From an uncultured Oligoflexus sp. (GTDB taxonomy: Bacteria; Bdellovibrionota_B; Oligoflexia; Oligoflexales; Oligoflexaceae), in NCBI GenBank assembly GCA_964236955.1, contig CAXSGP010000127.1:1-11895 (forward strand): DNA of 11,895 bases, read 5' to 3'. Of this stretch, positions 6,858 to 11,895 are shown piece after piece; positions within the stretch are counted from its first letter, which is position 1; every line of letters starts with the position of its first letter. A program made the translations under genes and the position numbers. Below the pieces are notes generated by a model. The model searched no databases, had not been told where the DNA came from, and saw nothing but the letters and a program-made list of their open reading frames with translations.

Positions 6858-9035
6858 ATGCTGGAACTTTGGGGTGGAGTGGAATGTACAGTCAATCGGG
6901 TAGAAGATCATTACCTTGATCAGTTAAAAATGAGCGGACACTATCATCGGGATGACGATCTCGTCCGCTTTTCAGAAATTGGCCTGAAGACACTTCGTTT
7001 TCCCATCCTCTGGGAGCACCTTGCTCCCAGATCTCTGGATTCCATCGATTGGACCTGGGCCGATCATCGATTGAATCTGGCTCGAGAACTCGGTATCCGG
7101 GTGATAGTTGGGTTTCTCCACCATGGCAGTGGCCCTCAATATACCAGTCTTTTAGATGCGGATTTCCCCAGCAAATTAGGCCGATTTGCAGCACGCTTTG
7201 CGGAACGTTATCCCTGGGTCGATGCCTATACTCCTGTTAATGAACCTTTGACTACAGCGCGTTTCTCGGGACTCTATGGTTGTTGGTATCCGCATGCGAC
7301 GGACAATCGAAGTTTCCTTCGCATGTTATGGAATGAATGTGATGGCACTCGGCAAGCGATGAAGTCGATCAGAACCTTTAATCCTTCCGCGCAGCTCATT
7401 CAAACTGAGGATTTGGGAAAAATTTTTAGCACTAATTTTCTCGCCTATCAGGCCGAATTTGAAAACCACCGACGTTGGTTAAGCTTTGACATACTCTGTG
7501 GTCGATTGACCCCTGAGCATGTTCTCTACAGCTTTTGTCGAAAGCATGGACTTTCGCTTGAAGAAATGGCAAACTTTGCCTTAGAGCCTTCAAAACCCGA
7601 CATCCTGGGTATCAATCATTATATTACCAGCAACCGATTCCTTGATGAACGACTCGAGCGCTATCCCGGACATGTCCACGGTGGCAATAAACAGCATCGA
7701 TATGCCGATATTGAAGCGGTACGGGTAGGTGCTGAGAATATCGTCGGGCCAAAAGAGCTTTTGCGAGAGGCTTGGCATCGCTATGAAATCCCAGTGGCCA
7801 TAACCGAAGTGCATCTGGGCTGCAGTCGAGAGGAGCAGATGCGCTGGTTTCACGAGGTTTGGCAGGCGGCTAAATCGGTTGAAAAGGAAGGTGTTAAGGT
7901 AGCTGCCGTGACCGCCTGGAGTCTTCTGGGGGGCTTTGATTGGAATAGTCTGGTTACTAAAGAAAATGGTTATTATGAATCCGGCGTCTACGATCTGCGA
8001 TCCCCGGACCCGCGCCCGACCGCTCTCGTGCCTATGATCAGGGCATATGCCAAGGACCAGGCCTTTGATCATCCTGTACTGGATACCTTAGGATGGTGGC
8101 ATCGTCCGGTGCGCCTTCTTTATCCGGCAGTGGATCTTGATCAATCCAATCGTAAGACGCCAAACCGCTTTCAAAATTCGGCTAAGGAACGCCCCATTCT
8201 TATCACGGGTGGATCAGGAACCTTAGCCAGCGCTTTTTCATACGTCTGTGAGAGACGAGGCCTTAACCATCGGCTGATCTCGCGACAGGATCTGGATCTG
8301 GCGGTAGCAAAAGATGTACGTGCATTTCTTAAAGAGATGAAACCCTGGGCTATTATAAACGCTGCAGGTTACTGCCGGGTGGATCAAGCCGAGAACGATG
8401 GTGACAATTGTCATAGAGACAATGTTATGGCGCCTATTCATCTCGCAGAGGTCTGTGCCGACAGTGATATCAAGCTGATGGGTTTTTCCACTGATCTTGT
8501 ATTTGATGGGGCGCAAGACTCACCCTATCGGGAAAGCGACCGAGTGTCCCCCCTCAATGCCTACGGACGTTCAAAGGTACAGGCCGAAGCCGAGATGTTG
8601 GCCCGTTTTAATCAAAGTCTGGTCATACGCACGAGTGCTTTTTTTGGACCTTGGGATGAACATAACTTTCTGACTCTAGCCTTGCGCAGTATCGCCAAAG
8701 GCAAGGAATTTTTTGCAGTTAATGACCTCATCGTATCACCGACCTATGTGCCTGACCTGGTCGATGCTGCCCTTGATCTTATGATCGATGGAGAGAGGGG
8801 AATTTGGCACTTAGCCAACGACGGTGCTATTAACTGGAAGGATTTTGGACGCATGGCGGCGAAAGCATCGGGCATGGACTATGCCTTAATACACGGACGC
8901 CGTGTGGCAGACTTTGGGCTGGCGGCACATCGTCCCCGCTACAGCGCTCTCACGAGTGAACGAGCAATTTTGCTACCCGATATTGAACAGGCTGTTTATT
9001 CGTATATTCGCGAGTGCCGCGTCACTCTTCGATAG
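6858..9035 (+). CDS. Fusion: GH1-like glycoside hydrolase + dTDP-4-dehydrorhamnose reductase-like (RmlD-like SDR) domain
   Basis: N-domain has TLRFPILWE, TPVNEP (acid/base, 7239-47), GINHY and AITE (nucleophile, 7800-08). C-domain from about 8196 has ILITGGSGTLA, INAAGY, STDLVFDG, YGRSK (8562-76), SPTYVPDL and RPRYSAL. One uninterrupted frame, 2 bp after the GT stop. Confidence 0.88.
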   Translation: MLELWGGVECTVNRVEDHYLDQLKMSGHYHRDDDLVRFSEIGLKTLRFPILWEHLAPRSLDSIDWTWADHRLNLARELGIRVIVGFLHHGSGPQYTSLLDADFPSKLGRFAARFAERYPWVDAYTPVNEPLTTARFSGLYGCWYPHATDNRSFLRMLWNECDGTRQAMKSIRTFNPSAQLIQTEDLGKIFSTNFLAYQAEFENHRRWLSFDILCGRLTPEHVLYSFCRKHGLSLEEMANFALEPSKPDILGINHYITSNRFLDERLERYPGHVHGGNKQHRYADIEAVRVGAENIVGPKELLREAWHRYEIPVAITEVHLGCSREEQMRWFHEVWQAAKSVEKEGVKVAAVTAWSLLGGFDWNSLVTKENGYYESGVYDLRSPDPRPTALVPMIRAYAKDQAFDHPVLDTLGWWHRPVRLLYPAVDLDQSNRKTPNRFQNSAKERPILITGGSGTLASAFSYVCERRGLNHRLISRQDLDLAVAKDVRAFLKEMKPWAIINAAGYCRVDQAENDGDNCHRDNVMAPIHLAEVCADSDIKLMGFSTDLVFDGAQDSPYRESDRVSPLNAYGRSKVQAEAEMLARFNQSLVIRTSAFFGPWDEHNFLTLALRSIAKGKEFFAVNDLIVSPTYVPDLVDAALDLMIDGERGIWHLANDGAINWKDFGRMAAKASGMDYALIHGRRVADFGLAAHRPRYSALTSERAILLPDIEQAVYSYIRECRVTLR

Positions 9036-9081
9036 GTTTTTGTATAAATTAATTAAGCAACCCACTCTATGAGGCTGAGAC

Positions 9082-10227
9082 ATGGAAACGATAGGTATTG
9101 CCGGCGCAGGATTTGCAGGAGCAGTCCTCGCACGAGAACTAGCCGAGAGCAAGAAATATAAGGTCGTGATCTTCGAGCAGAGAGATCATATTGCCGGCAA
9201 CTGTCATACGGTAAGGGACCCTAAGACTGGCGTGATGATACATCAGTACGGTCCTCATATATTCAATACCAGCCGCGAGGAAGTGTGGGATTACGTCAAC
9301 CGTTTCGGAAGGTTCATGCCTTTTATGAACCGCGTGAAGGCGGTAACAGAAAAAGGCGTCTTCTCGTTACCCATCAACCTCATGACAATCAACCAGTTTT
9401 TTGGCAAAAGCATGAGTCCCACGGAAGCCAAGGAGTTCGTCAGTCAAATCGGTGACAGCTCAATCACCAGTCCAGAGTCTTTTGAAGATCAGGCGCTTAA
9501 ATTTTTAGGGCGGGATCTCTATAAGAATTTTTTCTATGGTTATACGAAAAAACAATGGGGCGTCGAGCCCAAGGAACTGCCGGCAGCTATCCTCCAAAGA
9601 TTGCCTGTCCGATTTAACTACGATGATAACTACTTCACAAGTAGGTTCCAGGGTATTCCGGAGAAAGGTTATACCGCAATCGTTGAAGGTATCCTGGATC
9701 ATCCGGCAATATCGGTTCACCTGGGCGAACCTTTTGCTCCTGAATATAAGAAAGAGTTTTCCCATCTCTTCTATAGTGGACCTATGGATGCTTATTTTCA
9801 GTATAAACTTGGCCGGATGGGTTATCGAAGTCTAATCTTTGATCGTTTCGATGGCGAGGGTGATATGCAGGGTAATGCCGTGATTAATTACTGCAGCGAA
9901 GAAATTCCCTATACCCGCATCTCAGAGCACAAACACTTTGCCCCATGGGAAACGCATGAGAAAAGCGTCTCCTTCCGGGAGTTCAGCAAGTTTACTGAAG
10001 AGGGTGACACTCCTTACTATCCTATGCGCCTGGCTGCCGATAAGAAACTTTTGGAACAGTATATGGAACTTGCGCAGAAGGAAAAGGGCCTGACCTTTAT
10101 TGGGCGCCTTGGGACCTACCGATACCTCGATATGCATGTGGTGATTGGAGAATCGCTGGATTTGGCTAAGACTTGTTTGGCTGAAAAAGCTGAGTCATGG
10201 CCGAAGTTTAGTGGTAAGCCTTTATAA
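9082..10227 (+). CDS. glf: UDP-galactopyranose mutase
   Basis: FAD motif IAGAGFAGAV, IAGNC, HQYGPHIF, GYTKKQWG, RLPVR, TRISEHKHF, PYYP and GRLGTYRYLDM. SD GAGG at 9071-74. Confidence 0.96.
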   Translation: METIGIAGAGFAGAVLARELAESKKYKVVIFEQRDHIAGNCHTVRDPKTGVMIHQYGPHIFNTSREEVWDYVNRFGRFMPFMNRVKAVTEKGVFSLPINLMTINQFFGKSMSPTEAKEFVSQIGDSSITSPESFEDQALKFLGRDLYKNFFYGYTKKQWGVEPKELPAAILQRLPVRFNYDDNYFTSRFQGIPEKGYTAIVEGILDHPAISVHLGEPFAPEYKKEFSHLFYSGPMDAYFQYKLGRMGYRSLIFDRFDGEGDMQGNAVINYCSEEIPYTRISEHKHFAPWETHEKSVSFREFSKFTEEGDTPYYPMRLAADKKLLEQYMELAQKEKGLTFIGRLGTYRYLDMHVVIGESLDLAKTCLAEKAESWPKFSGKPL

Positions 10228-10244
10228 GCATTTTTTATGGCCTG

Positions 10245-10281
10245 AAAAAGGGTGCTGGCATGGATGTCAGCTCCCTTTTGT
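10245..10281. terminator. Likely bidirectional intrinsic terminator between convergent glf and lipoprotein genes
   Basis: AAAAGGG-T-GCTGGCAT-GG-ATGTCAGC-T-CCCTTTT hairpin (10246-10279), with an A-tract on the left and a T-rich tract on the right. Confidence 0.7.
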
Positions 10282-10310
10282 TATTTTTAGAGTTTGTAGG
10301 AAAGTTATGT

Positions 10311-11207
10311 CTAGGGCAGGAACTTAAAGGTTACTTTCACGTCGAGTTGGGTGTGGGAGCAGTCGGTTGCATCGTTGTCACCCATTGCCGTAAGTGTCAA
10401 TGGTACCGATTTCTTCCCAGCAATCGCCAGAGCTACGGATCCTATTTTAGTATTATTGAGCTTGATTGCAACTGGCCCAGAATCTTCCGTATCAGGGATC
10501 GTACAGTCGTCCACCAGACCTGACTTTCCAGTGTTCTTTCCATCGACAGCATCACCGATGCAGTAGGATTCCCCCCCGAATGAAGCTGGCTTCTTGGTGA
10601 GAGCCTTTGCAACGTCCCATACATAAGCACCATTTATTTGATCCATAAATGGGAGTAGGTCCACAGTACTCGCAAATAGCGCAAAATTATCAAGAGAAAG
10701 TACAAGCATATCATCATACTTCAGGGACGCGCCCGGCACAGATTCAATCGCAATGTCACAAATAGTACCTGACGGCAAATTTAATGTTTGAGTCGAATCC
10801 AAGGCTACCTGAATATGCCCATTGTCTGGCCCCAGGTGCCCGTCATGATTATCTGGTACTGTTGAATCTTTAAAGGCACACCCGACCCGTTCCGCGTACG
10901 AAAGTGATTGTTCTAAAACTTTCAAATTCACGCCAGCATTCTGGCAAGCCAAGGCCAGCTGGTCTAGGTTCTGCTTCGTGGGAACGTTGTTATTACCATT
11001 GACCGTCTGAGAGGGTGGAGCATAAGTGGAATTGGGCTGACCAACATTATTGGATGCTGCACTCGACGCATTTCCGGATTCAGTCACTGCACTTGGAGGA
11101 GTCGGTGATTTGTTAGGAACCGCGCCTGAACTCCCATCTCCCTTAAAGCTTGAATCCGAGCAAGAACTCAGAAACGCTAATAATGACAATGCACAAAAGT
11201 ATTTCAT
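10311..11207 (-). CDS. Hypothetical lipoprotein with Ser/Pro/Asn-rich linker and six-Cys C-terminal domain
   Basis: Signal peptide MKYFCALSLLAFLSSC with lipobox LSSC (Cys16). Strong SD AAGGAG (11218-13) 5 nt before ATG. Low-complexity residues about 17-80. No family recognised. Confidence 0.85.
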   Translation of the reverse strand: MKYFCALSLLAFLSSCSDSSFKGDGSSGAVPNKSPTPPSAVTESGNASSAASNNVGQPNSTYAPPSQTVNGNNNVPTKQNLDQLALACQNAGVNLKVLEQSLSYAERVGCAFKDSTVPDNHDGHLGPDNGHIQVALDSTQTLNLPSGTICDIAIESVPGASLKYDDMLVLSLDNFALFASTVDLLPFMDQINGAYVWDVAKALTKKPASFGGESYCIGDAVDGKNTGKSGLVDDCTIPDTEDSGPVAIKLNNTKIGSVALAIAGKKSVPLTLTAMGDNDATDCSHTQLDVKVTFKFLP

Positions 11208-11232
11208 ACAAACTCCTTAACGATCAAAGTAC

Positions 11233-11260
11233 GTATCGGAAATAACTTCAGTACTGGTTA
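11233..11260 (-). promoter_or_regulatory. Possible sigma28 (FliA)-type promoter for the lipoprotein gene
   Basis: TCCGATAC (11240-33) resembles the -10 GCCGATAA. TAAC 16 nt upstream is a weak match to the -35 TAAA-N15. It lies 25 nt before ATG. Confidence 0.35.
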
Positions 11261-11421
11261 CAGAAAGCTTTATCTCTTTGATGATATTGAATTATTTGAA
11301 TGGGCTTTAAATCGAAAAATAACGCGAAAAAAAGGCTCAAAGTACGGCCCCCGAAAGTTTATGAATCGAAAAATAGCTTGTTTGAGGAAATTGAGAAGAA
11401 GTGGATAGGAAATTTTCGGTC

Positions 11422-11547
11422 TTAGCTAATAGGATTCCGTATTCCCATCAATGCGTAAGAAGGTGACGCCTCCGAAGGCGCGACTTGCAATGTTGACCCC
11501 ATCAACACAGAAATCAAAAGTATTATTTCAAGGTGATGGACGTCCAT
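11422..11547 (-). CDS. Possible 41-aa small protein with a hydrophobic N-terminal segment (MDVHHLEIILLISVLMGSTLQVAPSEASPSYALMGIRNPIS)
   Basis: ATG-to-TAA frame read by hand, below the ORF-track cutoff. Hydrophobic stretch IILLISVLM. No clear SD. Confidence 0.2.
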   Translation of the reverse strand: MDVHHLEIILLISVLMGSTLQVAPSEASPSYALMGIRNPIS

Positions 11548-11739
11548 TTTTTCATTTTCTAATTGTCACGACAGGTGTTTTATTAATCGAGCTACTAGGC
11601 CTAGCGTTTTCGCGATTATTTCTTATGATGAGAATTCCCCGTAAGACTCGACTTGAATTTCAATACCTGAATTTCACCTAAATGGCCCACTGTATGACGA
11701 GACAGTCCTAGCTATCAGTTTTTACGGCTGGACAATTGG

Positions 11740-11770
11740 ATCCTACCGCGTTGGTATACGTTCAAGTCAA
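11740..11770 (-). promoter_or_regulatory. Candidate sigma70-type promoter with a 19-bp spacer
   Basis: TTGACT (11770-65)-N19-TAGGAT (11745-40). Predicted +1 is near 11733. Confidence 0.3.
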
Positions 11771-11895
11771 TCTTTCCCGGCCCGTTTTTTGCCGTAGCCA
11801 AGGATCTATATATTAGCCCCAAAATTAATCTTCAAATTTTTAGAGTTTTTGAAAAAAAAATTCATTATAAGCCAAATTTTTCAATATTTTATAAA

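Noticed and set aside
7590..8072. 160-aa minus-strand ORF
   Set aside because: Antisense to the GH1-like domain, with no recognisable features.
8196..9035. Assigning the symbol rmlD/rfbD to the fusion gene
   Set aside because: The domain is fused to a GH1-like module, has a variant Rossmann motif and lacks rmlABC context, so the function is not established.
575..10633. Remaining 60-111 aa ORFs nested in or antisense to the called genes
   Set aside because: All overlap well-supported CDSs in other frames and lack motifs or ribosome-binding sites.
11451..11681. 76-aa plus-strand ORF with a hydrophobic stretch
   Set aside because: No SD. The hydrophobicity is explained by T-rich intergenic sequence. 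It cannot be fully excluded but is unsupported.
11208..11895. Replication origin or known riboswitch in the AT-rich right end
   Set aside because: Only one degenerate DnaA-box-like sequence (CTATCCACT near 11400-08, minus strand), and no c-di-GMP, TPP, SAM or cobalamin consensus recognised.

Overview
The window holds a divergent seven-gene galactose/galactofuranose locus. The minus-strand arm is a translationally coupled operon: GH2 glycosidase, galT, an atypical M24 'pita-bread' protein, and galK. The plus-strand arm encodes a GT4-like glycosyltransferase, a GH1-like/RmlD-like fusion, and UDP-galactopyranose mutase (glf), with a candidate sigma54 promoter in the 185-bp gap between the arms. 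Downstream of galK sit two inverted, diverged copies of a ~110-bp palindromic element. After a bidirectional terminator there is a convergent Cys-rich orphan lipoprotein and an AT-rich, palindrome-dense intergenic region. The most interesting reading, which is inference, is a self-contained cytoplasmic galactofuranose make-and-recycle loop: no galE, transporter, export gene or signal peptide is visible in the locus. It includes two enzymes of unexplained role, the M24 protein that has lost four of five metal ligands and the GH1-SDR fusion. All calls come from motif recognition by eye; no database searches were run.
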